A DNA stretch of 64,000 nt, taken from contig CACMCA010000003.1 of NCBI GenBank assembly GCA_902612005.1, positions 33,756-97,755 on the forward strand, read 5' to 3'. Under the pieces are notes generated by a model that was given only the letters and a program-made list of their open reading frames with translations, did not search any database and was not told the origin of the DNA. The DNA comes from an uncultured Prochlorococcus sp. (GTDB taxonomy: Bacteria; Cyanobacteriota; Cyanobacteriia; PCC-6307; Cyanobiaceae). Of the stretch, positions 31,805 through 43,366 are shown piece by piece; within the stretch, counting starts at the first letter, position 1; the number at the start of each line of letters is the position of its first letter. The translations under genes and the position numbers were made by a program.

Positions 31805-32431
31805 TTAATTATTTGAATTAGAAACTTTATCTTTATTTTCATTGGATTCAGGTCTCATCCAATCATAAACTTCTTCAGGTAATTTACCAACTCTTGTATC
31901 TGATGCTGGGATTTCATGAGGGTCCATAACGCCTTTAGGAAGATAGGCAAGTTCTCTTAGAGGTTTCACTGAAGGATCTGTTGTGACGTTTGTAGGTAGT
32001 CTACCAAGTGCAACATTATCAAAATTTAGATTGTGTCTATCAAAAGTAGCTAATTCATATTCTTCGGTCATTGATAGACAATTAGTTGGACAATATTCAA
32101 CACAATTTCCGCAAAATATACATACTCCAAAGTCTATAGAATAATTTCTAAGTTCCTTTTTTTTGGTTTCTTTATTCATTACCCAATCAACTACTGGTAG
32201 ATTTATTGGACATACTCTTACGCAAACTTCACAAGCAATACATTTATCAAATTCATAATGTATTCTTCCTCTATATCTTTCAGATGGTATTAATTTTTCA
32301 TATGGATATTGGACAGTAACCGGTCTTCTACGAAGATGATCAAATGTTACTGATAAGCCATTGTATAAATATTTGCCAGCATTAAATGCCTCTTTGATAT
32401 AGCTATTTATTTGTTGAAGGAAATTTTTCAT
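31805..32431 (-). CDS. ndhI: NDH-1 subunit I
   Basis: Two 4Fe-4S motifs: [12 protein letters not shown] and [12 protein letters not shown]. Confidence 0.97.
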   Translation of the reverse strand: MKNFLQQINSYIKEAFNAGKYLYNGLSVTFDHLRRRPVTVQYPYEKLIPSERYRGRIHYEFDKCIACEVCVRVCPINLPVVDWVMNKETKKKELRNYSIDFGVCIFCGNCVEYCPTNCLSMTEEYELATFDRHNLNFDNVALGRLPTNVTTDPSVKPLRELAYLPKGVMDPHEIPASDTRVGKLPEEVYDWMRPESNENKDKVSNSNN

Positions 32432-32476
32432 TTTGAAGAATTTACTTGTTTATGTTATTTTAGTGGATTAATTTAT

Positions 32477-32500
32477 AATTTAAGTATTTTTACTTAAATT
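32477..32500. repeat. 10-bp perfect inverted repeat directly after the ndhA stop
   Basis: AATTTAAGTA-TTTT-TACTTAAATT. Confidence 0.6.
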
Positions 32501-33618
32501 TAACCACCAAAGAATTTAGGGAAAGCAAGTTTTAATCCTGCAGTTATCAAAAGATTAGCAAGAGAAATTGGAAGAAGAAACTTCCATCCTAAATCTAAAA
32601 GTTGATCTATTCTTACTCTTGGAGTTGTCCAACGTAATAATATTGCAATAAAAACTAAAAGATATGCTTTTAATACAGTCATTACAATTCCTATTGATGC
32701 AGTAAAAACCTGTATAAAGGGTGCATTAATGGGTACATTTAGAAACTTAGCTATTAATTCAACTGGAATTGGAAAACCCCATCCTCCCAAATAAAGTATT
32801 GATACTAATAAAGCTGAAAGTATTAAATTTATGTAACTGCCAAGGTAGAACAATGCGAATTTCATACCTGCATATTCAGTTTGATATCCTGCGACTAATT
32901 CTTCCTCAGCTTCAGGTAAGTCAAATGGAAGTCTCTCACATTCTGCAAGAGCACAAATCCAAAAGACTATAAAACCAACTGGTTGTCGCCATATATTCCA
33001 ACTTAGGATTCCAGCACCACTTTGTTGGTTGACAATGTCAATAGTGCTTAGAGAATTTGTCATTAGTACGATGGCCAGTACAGATAAAGCTAAAGGAATT
33101 TCATAACTTATTGATTGAGCTGCTGCTCTTAAACCTCCTAATAAAGAATACTTATTATTTGACGCATATCCGCTCATGAGAAGTCCAATTGGCTGGATAC
33201 TGCTTAAAGCGATCCATAGGAAAATTCCAATACCAACGTTACTTATTAAGAGGTTTTGTCCAAAAGGAACAATTAGCCAGGACAAAATCACTGGTACAAG
33301 AACTAAAATAGGTCCTGCAGTGAAGAGAATTCCATCTGCTTTAGCAGGAATAATATCCTCTTTTACAAGTAACTTAAGACCATCTGCAATTGGTTGAAGG
33401 ACGCCAAGCGCTCCTGCATATTCGGGACCTATTCTTTGTTGAGCAGCAGCAGATATTTTTCTTTCAAGCCAAACTGTTACTAACACTCCAACTACTGCCG
33501 CCACCAAAACCAAAAGCATAGGGAGAGGGAGCCAGATTATATGAGCGATTTCGCTGGAAAGGCCAAAACCCTTTAAGAATTCATTAAAACTATATTCGAG
33601 ATCTAATCCGTATTCCAA
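32500..33618 (-). CDS. ndhA: NDH-1 subunit A (NuoH)
   Basis: [40 protein letters not shown]. Confidence 0.97.
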   Translation of the reverse strand: MEYGLDLEYSFNEFLKGFGLSSEIAHIIWLPLPMLLVLVAAVVGVLVTVWLERKISAAAQQRIGPEYAGALGVLQPIADGLKLLVKEDIIPAKADGILFTAGPILVLVPVILSWLIVPFGQNLLISNVGIGIFLWIALSSIQPIGLLMSGYASNNKYSLLGGLRAAAQSISYEIPLALSVLAIVLMTNSLSTIDIVNQQSGAGILSWNIWRQPVGFIVFWICALAECERLPFDLPEAEEELVAGYQTEYAGMKFALFYLGSYINLILSALLVSILYLGGWGFPIPVELIAKFLNVPINAPFIQVFTASIGIVMTVLKAYLLVFIAILLRWTTPRVRIDQLLDLGWKFLLPISLANLLITAGLKLAFPKFFGG

Positions 33619-33694
33619 AATTTTTATGTTATTTACTTAATAGATTAACTCTTCACAAACAATATGTGTGTTTTTTTATGAAAAGCTGCAAATA

Positions 33695-34840
33695 TTATTC
33701 TCTGTTTTCTAGGCTGATCCAATCTCTTGGCGCTGAACCTGTGTAGATTTGCGATGGTCTGAAAATTCTATTTGCTCCAAGTTGCTCTCTCCAATGAGCT
33801 AACCAACCAGCTACTCTAGATATGGCAAAAATTGGAGTAAATAAATCACGAGGAATACCAAGTTTTCTATAAACAAGACCAGAATAAAAGTCCACGTTAG
33901 GGAATATACCCTTAGGACCGAGTCTTGATATTGCCTCTGCCTCAAGTGATTTTGCAACTTCATACATTTCATCTGCTCCAAATCTAATGAAAAGCTCTTC
34001 TGCCAGTTTTTGAAGAATTATTGCTCTTGGATCTTTCACTTTATATTCTCTGTGGCCGAAGCCCATTATCTTACTTTTATTTTTTATTGCGTTATCTAAA
34101 AAAGACCCAGCATTTTCTGGGGTTTTAATCTCTTCTAACATTGCAATCACATCCTCATTTGCTCCTCCATGCAATGGGCCAGCAAGGGTTCCTACTGCAG
34201 AGGCTATGACAGCATATGGATCTGTAAGAGTGCTTGCAGTCACTCTAGCGCTAAATGTACTGGCGTTTAAACTATGTTCGGCATGTAGAATTAAACACCT
34301 ATCAAAAACTTTTGCAGCTATAGGATCTTGCTCTTTTTCAGTCAGCATGTAAAGAAAATTTGATGAGTAAGTTAAATCATCTCTAGGTTGAATTGGATCT
34401 TGTCCTTTTCTAATAAGTTGAAATGCAGCAATCATTGTGGGTATTTTTGCTATAAGCCTTATGACGGCGTTGTAGATATAATTAGGATCATCTATTGCCC
34501 TGCGCGAATAGAAGAGCCCCAAAGAAGCCGCGCTAGATTGAAGAGCATCCATAGGATGACCTGTCGCAGGGAAACATTTCATCATATCTCTGACTCTAAA
34601 ACTTAACCTTCGATGCATCTGAACTTCTTGTTCAAAATCTCTAAGTTGTATAGCTGTGGGCAATTCACCCCAAATCAATAGGTATGCAGTTTCTAAAAAA
34701 CTGCTTTTTTTGGATAGTTCCTCAATGGAGTAGCCTCTGTACAATAATTTACCTTTTTTGCCGTCAATATCACAGATAGATGAATTAGTAACTGGGACAC
34801 CCTCTAATCCTGGTTTTAAAATTAGTTCTTTATTGTCCAA
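33695..34840 (-). CDS. gltA: Citrate synthase
   Basis: GLEGV, GPLHGGAN, GFGHR, PNVDF. Confidence 0.97.
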   Translation of the reverse strand: MDNKELILKPGLEGVPVTNSSICDIDGKKGKLLYRGYSIEELSKKSSFLETAYLLIWGELPTAIQLRDFEQEVQMHRRLSFRVRDMMKCFPATGHPMDALQSSAASLGLFYSRRAIDDPNYIYNAVIRLIAKIPTMIAAFQLIRKGQDPIQPRDDLTYSSNFLYMLTEKEQDPIAAKVFDRCLILHAEHSLNASTFSARVTASTLTDPYAVIASAVGTLAGPLHGGANEDVIAMLEEIKTPENAGSFLDNAIKNKSKIMGFGHREYKVKDPRAIILQKLAEELFIRFGADEMYEVAKSLEAEAISRLGPKGIFPNVDFYSGLVYRKLGIPRDLFTPIFAISRVAGWLAHWREQLGANRIFRPSQIYTGSAPRDWISLENRE

Positions 34841-34964
34841 TTGCTTAATTCAATATCAAATACTTATAGATTAAAGATAGTCAAATAATTTTTAATTAAC
34901 CACAAGTTATTAACTTCACAAAAATTCCAAATGATTTTCTTTGAAGCTTATATGAATAACTTTA

Positions 34965-36431
34965 TTAAGGTATTTTTAAACTTGTTTCTGTATAAAGAAT
35001 TGGATTTTTTTCTGGAATAGATTGACTTATGATTTCTAGATATTCTTCATTTGATATTTTTAAAATATTTCTAATGAGAAAATTAAGATCTTCCAAATCA
35101 GGTAAATATTTAATTTTATTGGAATTTTCATCTTTGATATTAACTTTGGCAAAAAGAAAAGTAGATTTATCTTTATAACTTTTTAGGTTGAAAAATTTTT
35201 TTGAGATTGTTTCTAATTTTTTACTATCTATTAAAAAATTACTTATGAATTGCAAACCTCCAGATTCTATTGAATAGATATTTTCAAAAGTTAATTGTTT
35301 TACTGCATCGTTTTTTTCTTCAAGAATGTCTTTGGAGTATATTGAGTAAATATCTTCATTTTGTTTTAAAGTATATTTGTTGAAATCTTTTAGTTTTTTC
35401 AAAGCACTTAAATCAAATTGATTTTCAGTATTTTTTTCAAATGTAAAAAGCCAATCTTTTTTTGAATTGAGAATTAAGATGTTTTGATTTGTATTTCGGT
35501 TAAAATCTTCAAAAAAACTTTGTTCAAAATTATTTGTAAAAGGTTTAAGATATTTTTCAAAATTCTTAATTTCAGTAAAGATTGAAACTTGAGGATTATC
35601 TTTAATCGTATTTTCTGTATTTATAAACTTATCATAAGCAAGAATATCAATATTTTTTTTATTATTTAGTAGATATGATTTTAAAATTAAATGTTTATTT
35701 TTTAAATCAAATGTAGTAGCTACAACATACTCATTTTTATTAGTAAAAATTTCTTTATCAAAAAATATACTTTCCCCAAATTTTTTTGTAAATAATATAT
35801 TTTTTTGATTTTTGAGTCCAAAAAGTTCTCCCTCATATTGAAATTTTTTTTCCTTAAAATCATTACCTGAGTTAATACTATTTTTGATCAATTTTTTATC
35901 TGATGAAGCAATTATATAATTATTGTCGGTTTGGTATATGTAGTTAAGGAAATTTTTTTTGTTTTCTCTATTAATTGAAATTATCTCATCAATTTGATCA
36001 ATTTTATTAGGCAAATTTAATAAATCGTCTATTGTTTTTTCTGGCTTAATTTTAAAAATAATCAAAATATCATCTTTAAGCTTTTTATTATTTTCAAAAA
36101 ATGAGATTATAAGTTCATTGTTATAGATATCTTCTAATTTATTGTTGCCTAGATCTATACCTAAGTAATTTAATATAGAGTCTTTTATTAAAACAAAGTC
36201 ATCATGGTTTGGTGAATTTTTATCTTTTTCATTATTATTAACAATATGAAAACTATCTAAATTTGAAATAAATAATAATTTATTGTTTTTAGGTATATAT
36301 CTTAAGATATTTAGTTGCTCAATATTTGTACTTTGCTCTTTATTTTTATTAGCAGAAACTTTTTTAAAACCAAAAAAAAGTAATAAAGATAATAATAGTA
36401 TTATTGCTACTACTCTAAGTTTCATTATCAA
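34965..36431 (-). CDS. Hypothetical N-terminally anchored or exported protein (488 aa)
   Basis: Long ORF in very AT-rich DNA, hydrophobic N-terminal segment, K/N/I-rich body. Confidence 0.75.
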   Translation of the reverse strand: MIMKLRVVAIILLLSLLLFFGFKKVSANKNKEQSTNIEQLNILRYIPKNNKLLFISNLDSFHIVNNNEKDKNSPNHDDFVLIKDSILNYLGIDLGNNKLEDIYNNELIISFFENNKKLKDDILIIFKIKPEKTIDDLLNLPNKIDQIDEIISINRENKKNFLNYIYQTDNNYIIASSDKKLIKNSINSGNDFKEKKFQYEGELFGLKNQKNILFTKKFGESIFFDKEIFTNKNEYVVATTFDLKNKHLILKSYLLNNKKNIDILAYDKFINTENTIKDNPQVSIFTEIKNFEKYLKPFTNNFEQSFFEDFNRNTNQNILILNSKKDWLFTFEKNTENQFDLSALKKLKDFNKYTLKQNEDIYSIYSKDILEEKNDAVKQLTFENIYSIESGGLQFISNFLIDSKKLETISKKFFNLKSYKDKSTFLFAKVNIKDENSNKIKYLPDLEDLNFLIRNILKISNEEYLEIISQSIPEKNPILYTETSLKIP

Positions 36432-36514
36432 TGTTTATTTTTATTTTTAACAATAAACTTCCTACTGCAACTTAATTTATTAAATTGTAAATAACACATA
36501 ATTTATCCTATAAA

Positions 36515-36865
36515 TTGGGAAGTTATCCAAAATCTATAAATGCTTCTAGTCTTAATGATTGGTTTAATTCTGAGAAAGAAGATCCAGTTTTGATTGATGT
36601 AAGAGAACAGTCAGAGCTTGAAATAGCTCGTTTCTCAAAAGAATTTTTACATATACCAATTAGTAAAGTCACATCTGAATATGTTGAAGAAATATTTGCT
36701 GGTTTATTAGACAGAGAAATTGTAGTTACCTGTCATGCAGGAATAAGAAGTTATAACTTTTCTCAATGGTGCTTGGATAATAATATTGTGAGCGAAATAT
36801 GGAATTTGGAGGAGGGTATTGATGGATGGAGTAGATATATTGACCCATCAATCCCAAGGTATTGA
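36515..36865 (+). CDS. Rhodanese-like sulfurtransferase
   Basis: LIDVRE..E, CHAGIRS, NLEEGIDGW, DPSIPRY. Confidence 0.92.
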   Translation: MGSYPKSINASSLNDWFNSEKEDPVLIDVREQSELEIARFSKEFLHIPISKVTSEYVEEIFAGLLDREIVVTCHAGIRSYNFSQWCLDNNIVSEIWNLEEGIDGWSRYIDPSIPRY

Positions 36866-38110
36866 TTAAATATCTAATGAAGATGCAACTGTATTAACAT
36901 CCTTGTCGCCTCTACCAGAGCAATTGATAACTATATGAGTATCTTTTTCAAGAGTAGGACATAATTTATCTAACCAAGCAAAGGCATGGGAAGTTTCAAG
37001 TGCAGGTATAATTCCTTCTAGTTCACTAACAAGTTTTAAAGCGTCTAAAGCCTCTTGATCTGTGACTGATCCATATTCTGCTCTACCTATATCTTTTAAA
37101 TGGCTATGTTCAGGTCCTACACCAGGGTAATCTAAACCTGCACTTATTGAGTGAGCTTCTTGTACTTGACCATTATCATCTTGCAAGAGAAGACTCATTG
37201 ATCCATGCAAAATTCCAACTGACCCTTTAGTGATAGTGGCAGCATGTTTGTCAGTATCAACCCCGCTTCCTGCAGCTTCAACTCCAATAAGACGCACAGA
37301 AGTTTCTTTAACAAAAGGATGGAAAAGCCCCATTGCATTTGATCCCCCACCTACACAAGCAAGCAAAATATCGGGCAAAGATCCAAATGATTCCAAACAT
37401 TGTTTTTTAGTTTCTTCACCTATAACTGCATGAAAATCTCGCACAATCTTTGGGAAAGGGTGTGGGCCTGCAACAGATCCTAAAATGTAGTGTGTGGTTT
37501 CGACATTAGAAACCCAATCTCTAATGGCCTCACTAGTAGCATCCTTAAGTGTTGCAGTTCCAGAATTTACAACTTTAACTTCAGCTCCTAAAAGTTTCAT
37601 TCTGAAAACGTTGAGGGATTGTCTTTTGATGTCTTCAGCACCCATGTAGATAATACATTTCAAGCCAAATCTCGCACAAACAGTAGCAGTAGCAACTCCA
37701 TGCTGACCTGCTCCAGTTTCTGCAATTATTCTTTTTTTGCCCATTCTTATTGCTAATAAAGCTTGTCCAAGAGCATTATTAATTTTATGAGCCCCAGTAT
37801 GATTTAGATCTTCTCTTTTAAGCCATATTCTAGGAGTTGCTTGTTTATTTTTGTAATGTTCAGTAAGTCTTTTGGCTTCATAAAGTGGTGTTTCTCTTCC
37901 TACATAAGTCTTAAGTAGATGATTTAATTCTTGTACAAAAAGTTTATCTTTCCATGCATTAGATGCAGCGTCTTCAAGCTCAAAAAGAGCGGGCATTAGC
38001 GTTTCAGGAACATATTGACCACCATACTTTCCAAATCTTCCCTCTTTGGAGGGTTGATTTAAATCTTCATTTTTATAGTTTTGATCTTTGTGAGAAAATG
38101 TACTTACCAC
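36866..38110 (-). CDS. trpB: Tryptophan synthase beta chain
   Basis: [38 protein letters not shown]. Confidence 0.98.
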   Translation of the reverse strand: MVSTFSHKDQNYKNEDLNQPSKEGRFGKYGGQYVPETLMPALFELEDAASNAWKDKLFVQELNHLLKTYVGRETPLYEAKRLTEHYKNKQATPRIWLKREDLNHTGAHKINNALGQALLAIRMGKKRIIAETGAGQHGVATATVCARFGLKCIIYMGAEDIKRQSLNVFRMKLLGAEVKVVNSGTATLKDATSEAIRDWVSNVETTHYILGSVAGPHPFPKIVRDFHAVIGEETKKQCLESFGSLPDILLACVGGGSNAMGLFHPFVKETSVRLIGVEAAGSGVDTDKHAATITKGSVGILHGSMSLLLQDDNGQVQEAHSISAGLDYPGVGPEHSHLKDIGRAEYGSVTDQEALDALKLVSELEGIIPALETSHAFAWLDKLCPTLEKDTHIVINCSGRGDKDVNTVASSLDI

Positions 38111-38158
38111 TTTTTCTATAGAATAAGTATTAACTAACTATAGATTATATTGAAAATA

Positions 38159-38470
38159 ATGGGAAAAAAGAATTGGATCGAATTTGATAATCAAGAAAAG
38201 AAATCTGAAGAAACAGCTAAGGTAGATACTTTTAATAAAAGATCAAAAATAAATATTTCAAAACAAAAAAAAGGTAAAAAGGGCAAGACTATAACTTTAA
38301 TTAGAGGTTTAGGTACTGAGGATGAAATCTTATTAAAAGAATTACTAAAAAAAATTAAAGTTTTTTGTGGGACTGGAGGAACATTAATTGATAGAAATAT
38401 CCAATTACAGGGTGATATGGTATCGAAATCAATTGAGTTTCTTCGTAAAGAGGGATTTCATAATTTATGA
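38159..38470 (+). CDS. Translation initiation factor SUI1/YciH homolog
   Basis: KGKKGKTITLIRG, CGTGGT, IQLQGD. ATG at 38159. Confidence 0.9.
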   Translation: MGKKNWIEFDNQEKKSEETAKVDTFNKRSKINISKQKKGKKGKTITLIRGLGTEDEILLKELLKKIKVFCGTGGTLIDRNIQLQGDMVSKSIEFLRKEGFHNL

Positions 38471-38511
38471 ACCAAGGGTTAGGATAGGTTTTAATTTTGA
38501 TGAAGTAAAAA

Positions 38512-39138
38512 ATGAAAGAACAAAATCAAACAAAGTCAACCAATATAAAGTGGCACAACTTAACTATTGATAGAGAAAAGTTAGAGAAAATGAGAGGTCA
38601 TAAAGGTATGGTTCTCTGGTTTACAGGTTTATCAGGTTCTGGTAAAAGTACTTTGGCCAATGCTTTAAATGAAGTTTTACACTTAGATGGTTTTTCGACT
38701 TATGTTTTGGATGGAGATAATATTAGACACGGTTTATGTAAAGATCTTGGTTTTTCGGATGAAGATAGAGAAGAAAATATAAGAAGAATTGGCGAAGTTG
38801 CGAATTTATTTATGAATGCTGGGATAATAACTATTACAGCATTCGTTTCGCCATTTATTAGCGATAGAGATAAAGTAAGAGAAATTATTGGATCTAACGA
38901 TTTTATTGAAGTTTATTGTGCTGCTGATATCACAGTTTGCGAAAATAGAGATACTAAAGGTCTCTACAAGAAAGCTCGTTTGGGTGAAATTAAGGAATTC
39001 ACAGGGATTTCTAGTCCATATGAAGCTCCTCTTAATCCCGAAATTGTTGTTGATACAGGTTCGTTAGATTTAAGTGATTCCGTTGAAAAAATTATTAACT
39101 ACCTTAAAAAAGAAAACTTCCTTAACAAGACCTTATAG
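38512..39138 (+). CDS. cysC: Adenylyl-sulfate kinase
   Basis: WFTGLSGSGKST, LDGDNIRHGL, FTGISSPYE. Confidence 0.97.
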   Translation: MKEQNQTKSTNIKWHNLTIDREKLEKMRGHKGMVLWFTGLSGSGKSTLANALNEVLHLDGFSTYVLDGDNIRHGLCKDLGFSDEDREENIRRIGEVANLFMNAGIITITAFVSPFISDRDKVREIIGSNDFIEVYCAADITVCENRDTKGLYKKARLGEIKEFTGISSPYEAPLNPEIVVDTGSLDLSDSVEKIINYLKKENFLNKTL

Positions 39139-39150
39139 AACAATATTAGT

Positions 39151-39687
39151 TTATTTATTTTGAAGATAATTGTCAGGACCAATATTTGATAACTTAGTAT
39201 TTTTAGTTCTTACCTGCGAATGTAAATTTTCTCTGAATTCTTTCAAATTTTTCTTTATGGATTCATCAAATAAACTGATCATCTCTATTGCCAATAATCC
39301 AGCATTCTGACCTCCATTAATTGCAACTGTTGCAACTGGAATTCCAGCGGGCATTTGAACGATTGACAAAAGAGAGTCAATCCCCTTAAGTGTCTTACTC
39401 TCTACTGGTACGCCAATTACAGGAATGCAAGTTATGGATGCCAGCATTCCTGGAAGATGAGCAGCACCCCCAGCACCGGCAATTATTACTTTTATGTTTT
39501 CTGATTCTGCATTTTTTGCATATTCCATCATTTCAATAGGTGTTCGATGCGCAGAAAGTATACAAACTTCAGTTTTGATTCCAAATTCTCTTAAAATATC
39601 AATGGCTGGTTTCAATGTTTTTAGATCTGAATCACTACCCATTACGACAGCAATTTTATAAATATCTTTAGAATTCAATTCTGACAA
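39151..39687 (-). CDS. purE: N5-CAIR mutase
   Basis: MGSDSD, SAHRTP, AGGAAHLPG, SIVQMP. Confidence 0.97.
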   Translation of the reverse strand: MSELNSKDIYKIAVVMGSDSDLKTLKPAIDILREFGIKTEVCILSAHRTPIEMMEYAKNAESENIKVIIAGAGGAAHLPGMLASITCIPVIGVPVESKTLKGIDSLLSIVQMPAGIPVATVAINGGQNAGLLAIEMISLFDESIKKNLKEFRENLHSQVRTKNTKLSNIGPDNYLQNK

Positions 39688-39775
39688 AATAACAAATCAA
39701 TTCTTTCCTATAATGGCGTGCAATTAATTTGGCGCCAGTTAGTTAGTATAAAAAGAATAAATTGCATCGAATATT

Positions 39776-40477
39776 ATGACGTCAAATAAGATTATCGAAA
39801 AAAGTGAAGTAAGAGAGTATTTTAATGGTACTGGCTTTGAAAGATGGAATAAAATTTATAGCAAATCTGATGAAATTAATACAGTTCAGAAAAATATTAG
39901 GAAAGGACATCAAAAAACTGTAGATGATGTAGTCTCATACATCAAAAATTATCCTGAACTAACAAAAAAAAGTTTTTGTGATGCAGGCTGTGGTGTAGGA
40001 AGTCTTTCCATACCTTTATTAAGACTCGGTATAAAAGAACTACAGGTGAGCGATATTTCTTCTGAAATGATTAAAGAAACAAAAAAACGTATTCATGAAT
40101 TAGGTTTGAGTCAAGGTAAAATTAAATATGAAATCTGTGATCTGGAAAAATTAAAAGGATTATTTGATGTTGTAGTTTGTTTGGATGTATTTATTCATTA
40201 TCCTCAACCGGTCGCAGAAGAAATGGTGCAACATTTATGCGATTTAAGCAAAGAAAAACTAATCGTTAGCTTTGCTCCTTATACTCCGGTTCTTGCTGTT
40301 CTAAAAAATATTGGAAAATTATTTCCTGGGCCAAGTAAAACTACAAGGGCATATACATTGAAAGAAAAGGGTATTATTAATGCTGCTAAAGAAAGAGGAT
40401 TTAAAGTTGTTAAAAAGAAATTAAATCAAGCTCCTTTCTATTTTTCAAAACTAATTGAATTTGAAAAAATTAGATAA
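39776..40477 (+). CDS. chlM: Mg-protoporphyrin IX methyltransferase
   Basis: YFNGTGFERW.KIY, CDAGCGVG, CLDVFIHYP, FPGPSKTTRAY. Confidence 0.96.
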   Translation: MTSNKIIEKSEVREYFNGTGFERWNKIYSKSDEINTVQKNIRKGHQKTVDDVVSYIKNYPELTKKSFCDAGCGVGSLSIPLLRLGIKELQVSDISSEMIKETKKRIHELGLSQGKIKYEICDLEKLKGLFDVVVCLDVFIHYPQPVAEEMVQHLCDLSKEKLIVSFAPYTPVLAVLKNIGKLFPGPSKTTRAYTLKEKGIINAAKERGFKVVKKKLNQAPFYFSKLIEFEKIR

Positions 40478-40478
40478 T

Positions 40479-41207
40479 TTATCTTACTAAATGATTTTCA
40501 AGTGCATAACGAACTAATTCTGTTCGGCTAGATGTACCTGTCTTGATAAAAAGTCTACTTACATATTTCTCAACATTTCTAATAGATGTTTCAAGCTTTC
40601 TAGCAATTTCCTTGTTCATCAGTCCCTCTGCTACTAGTTGAAGCACACTTGCTTCTCTAGGAGTAAAACTAGGAATATTTATTTTATTTTCTGGATTAGT
40701 CTGGTTTTGGTCTGTCAGCATAGATTTTATTTCAGTAATTTGTTTTGCCATTTTGCTTACGTCAATATCTGCGAATCGTGCCGCTTCTTTTAATAGTCGT
40801 TCTTGTCTGTTGATTACATTTTTAACTCTTGCAGCTAATTCATCGGGATCGAAGGGTTTGGAAATATAATCATCAACTCCTGCAAGATAACCTTCTGTTC
40901 TGTCTAGGGTCATTCCTTTTGCAGTTAGAAAAATAACTGGAGTTCCTCCTAATTTTTCATCCTCTCTAATTTTTTCTAATAAATCATAACCGTTGGTTCG
41001 TGGCATCATAACATCGCTTATTATCAAATCGGGGAAAATTGTTTGAGCTTTTTCCCAACCATCCTCGCCATCAACTGCAATAAATATTTCAAAGCCTTCA
41101 TCTTCTAGAAATGTTTTAACAGCTGTTCTTAAACCAGGTTCATCATCAACTAATAAAATTCTTGATTTTCTTACCGGTTCATTATTTATTTGATTAATTT
41201 CATTCAT
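40479..41207 (-). CDS. NarL/LuxR-family response regulator (Ycf29-like)
   Basis: Receiver domain plus LuxR HTH TPRE..VL.LVAEGLMNKEIAR.L.TS.RNVEKYVSRL. Confidence 0.9.
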   Translation of the reverse strand: MNEINQINNEPVRKSRILLVDDEPGLRTAVKTFLEDEGFEIFIAVDGEDGWEKAQTIFPDLIISDVMMPRTNGYDLLEKIREDEKLGGTPVIFLTAKGMTLDRTEGYLAGVDDYISKPFDPDELAARVKNVINRQERLLKEAARFADIDVSKMAKQITEIKSMLTDQNQTNPENKINIPSFTPREASVLQLVAEGLMNKEIARKLETSIRNVEKYVSRLFIKTGTSSRTELVRYALENHLVR

Positions 41208-41266
41208 TTTTTAAATTCTTAAATTTGATTTTCTAGTAATAAACAGAATTTTATATACTAAACATA

Positions 41267-42412
41267 ATGCTATCAACTCCCATACTACTAGACTATCAAT
41301 CTTCGACTCCTTGCTCTAAAGATGTTGTTGATTCTATGAAACCTTTTTGGAGTGAGATATTCTCTAACCCAGCAAGCAAATCTAATTTGGCGGGGATTAA
41401 CGCAAGCGCTATATTGGAAGCCTCAAGAGAAAAAATAGAACAAAATTTATTTCTTAAGAATAAAAAAGTTATTTTTACAAGCGGGGCAACTGAATCTAAT
41501 AACTTAGCCTTATTAGGTTTTGCTAGAAATTTCTATAAAAAAACAGGAAATTATGGTCATATTATTACCTTAAAAACAGAACATAAAGCTGTTTTGGAGC
41601 CCCTAAACCAACTAAAAAAAGAGGGATTTATGGTTACGGAAATTAATCCCGAGAAAGATGGCTTAATTTCAGAAGAAAAATTCAAAAAAAATATAAGAGA
41701 AGATACATTTCTTGTGAGTGTTATGTTGGCAAATAACGAAATAGGAGTTATCCAGCCTGTAGAGAATATTTCAAAGATATGTAAATCGCGAGGAATAACT
41801 TTTCACTCTGATTTTGCACAATGTTTAGGTTATATCGAGTTAGAAAATCTTTTATCAGATGTAAATATGATAACGATAAGTTCTCACAAAATATATGGTC
41901 CTAAAGGGATAGGACTCCTTTTGATTGATAAAGAAATGAATCTTGAGCCTTTAATTGTTGGAGGAGGTCAGGAATATGGTCTCAGGTCTGGTACATTACC
42001 TCTTCCTTTAGTAGTTGGCTTTGCTAAAGCAATAGAGATAGCAGTTTTTAATCAAAAAAATAATGCTGAAAAATTACTTTTGCATAGAAATACCCTTTTA
42101 GAGGGTTTGTTAGAAAATAATTCTGGTTTATTAATTAATGGCTCTATAGAAAAAAGATTACCTCAAAATTTAAATTTGACTGTATTGGATTTAAACGGTG
42201 CAAAGTTTCATAAACTTTTAAAATCTAAAATTATTTGTTCTAGTGGATCAGCATGCAGTAATGGTGAACCATCTCATGTTTTACTAGCATTAGGTAGATC
42301 TTTTAAAGAAGCAGAATCTTCAATAAGGTTAAGTATTGGATTAAGCACTAATTCAAAAGATATAAAAAAAGCAATTCATATTCTTACAAATACGATCAGA
42401 TCATTACGCTAG
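41267..42412 (+). CDS. Cysteine desulfurase (NifS/IscS family)
   Basis: FTSGATESNN, ANNEIG, SSHKIYGPKG, SSGSAC. Confidence 0.93.
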   Translation: MLSTPILLDYQSSTPCSKDVVDSMKPFWSEIFSNPASKSNLAGINASAILEASREKIEQNLFLKNKKVIFTSGATESNNLALLGFARNFYKKTGNYGHIITLKTEHKAVLEPLNQLKKEGFMVTEINPEKDGLISEEKFKKNIREDTFLVSVMLANNEIGVIQPVENISKICKSRGITFHSDFAQCLGYIELENLLSDVNMITISSHKIYGPKGIGLLLIDKEMNLEPLIVGGGQEYGLRSGTLPLPLVVGFAKAIEIAVFNQKNNAEKLLLHRNTLLEGLLENNSGLLINGSIEKRLPQNLNLTVLDLNGAKFHKLLKSKIICSSGSACSNGEPSHVLLALGRSFKEAESSIRLSIGLSTNSKDIKKAIHILTNTIRSLR

Positions 42413-42425
42413 AAATTATTGGCTC

Positions 42426-43328
42426 TTATTTTAATTGAGCAATTCTTAATTTTCCACTTCTAGCTCTTTTATTGAGTTCGACTTCTTGTTCGGAAGGAGT
42501 TATTGGCTTTTTTGTCAGGTTTTTTAGTCTTTGATCATTCTTAAAAGAATTTTTAACTAACCTATCCTCCAGGGAATGAAAACTGATAATAGAAATAATA
42601 CCTCCTGGCAAAATCCATTCAGGGACAACTTGCAAAAATTTTTCTAATACTTCAATTTCTTTATTGACAGCAATTCGTAGTGCTTGAAATGTTCTTGTTG
42701 CTGGGTGTATTTTTTTATATCTTTGTTTTGGTGGAAAGCAGCCTGCAATGGAATAGGCTAATTCTTTTGTCCCAGAATATTTTCCATTTTCCTTTAAATC
42801 CATTTTTATTTTCCTAGCAATCTTTCTTGATAATCTCTCTTCTCCATATTTATAAATTAGGTTAGCTAGATCTTTTTCATTTAAAGCCTCAATTAATTTC
42901 TCTGCATCAACCTCAAGAACAGGATTCATGCGCATATCAAGCGGACCATCTTTTTGGAAACTAAATCCTCTTTTAGGATCATCAATTTGGTTGCTATTTA
43001 CTCCAAGATCTGCAATCACAAAAGAAACTTTTTCTTTTGGCATAAAATCCGCAAAATTTGTAGCCCTTATATCAAGCCTATTTTTAAATTCATCAAGTTT
43101 TTTTGATGCTGATTTTCTTGCGAATGGATCTTGATCAAGTCCAATTATATTTAAATCAGAATATTTTCTCAATAAATGATAAGAGTGCCCGCCTCCGCCT
43201 AAAGTTGCGTCTATTCCTTTAAGTTGGTTGTTATGGATTAATGGATAATGCTCTAATGAGGCCATAATCTCATCTGTCATAACTGATTTATGATTGAAAA
43301 AAGATGAATCAGATAGGTCAGTTTGCAT
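42426..43328 (-). CDS. rsmH: 16S rRNA m4C1402 methyltransferase
   Basis: DATLGGGGHS, DLGV, LDMRM, RTFQALRIAVN, SFHSLEDR. Confidence 0.97.
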   Translation of the reverse strand: MQTDLSDSSFFNHKSVMTDEIMASLEHYPLIHNNQLKGIDATLGGGGHSYHLLRKYSDLNIIGLDQDPFARKSASKKLDEFKNRLDIRATNFADFMPKEKVSFVIADLGVNSNQIDDPKRGFSFQKDGPLDMRMNPVLEVDAEKLIEALNEKDLANLIYKYGEERLSRKIARKIKMDLKENGKYSGTKELAYSIAGCFPPKQRYKKIHPATRTFQALRIAVNKEIEVLEKFLQVVPEWILPGGIISIISFHSLEDRLVKNSFKNDQRLKNLTKKPITPSEQEVELNKRARSGKLRIAQLK

Positions 43329-43366
43329 AACTTTCGACTAAGATTTATTTAGAAGTTAAATTTCGA

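Noticed and set aside
38111-38158. Repeated CTATAGA between trpB and SUI1 as a trp operator or attenuator
   Set aside because: The region is only 48 bp and AT-rich, with no leader peptide with Trp codons and no TrpR gene in the window.
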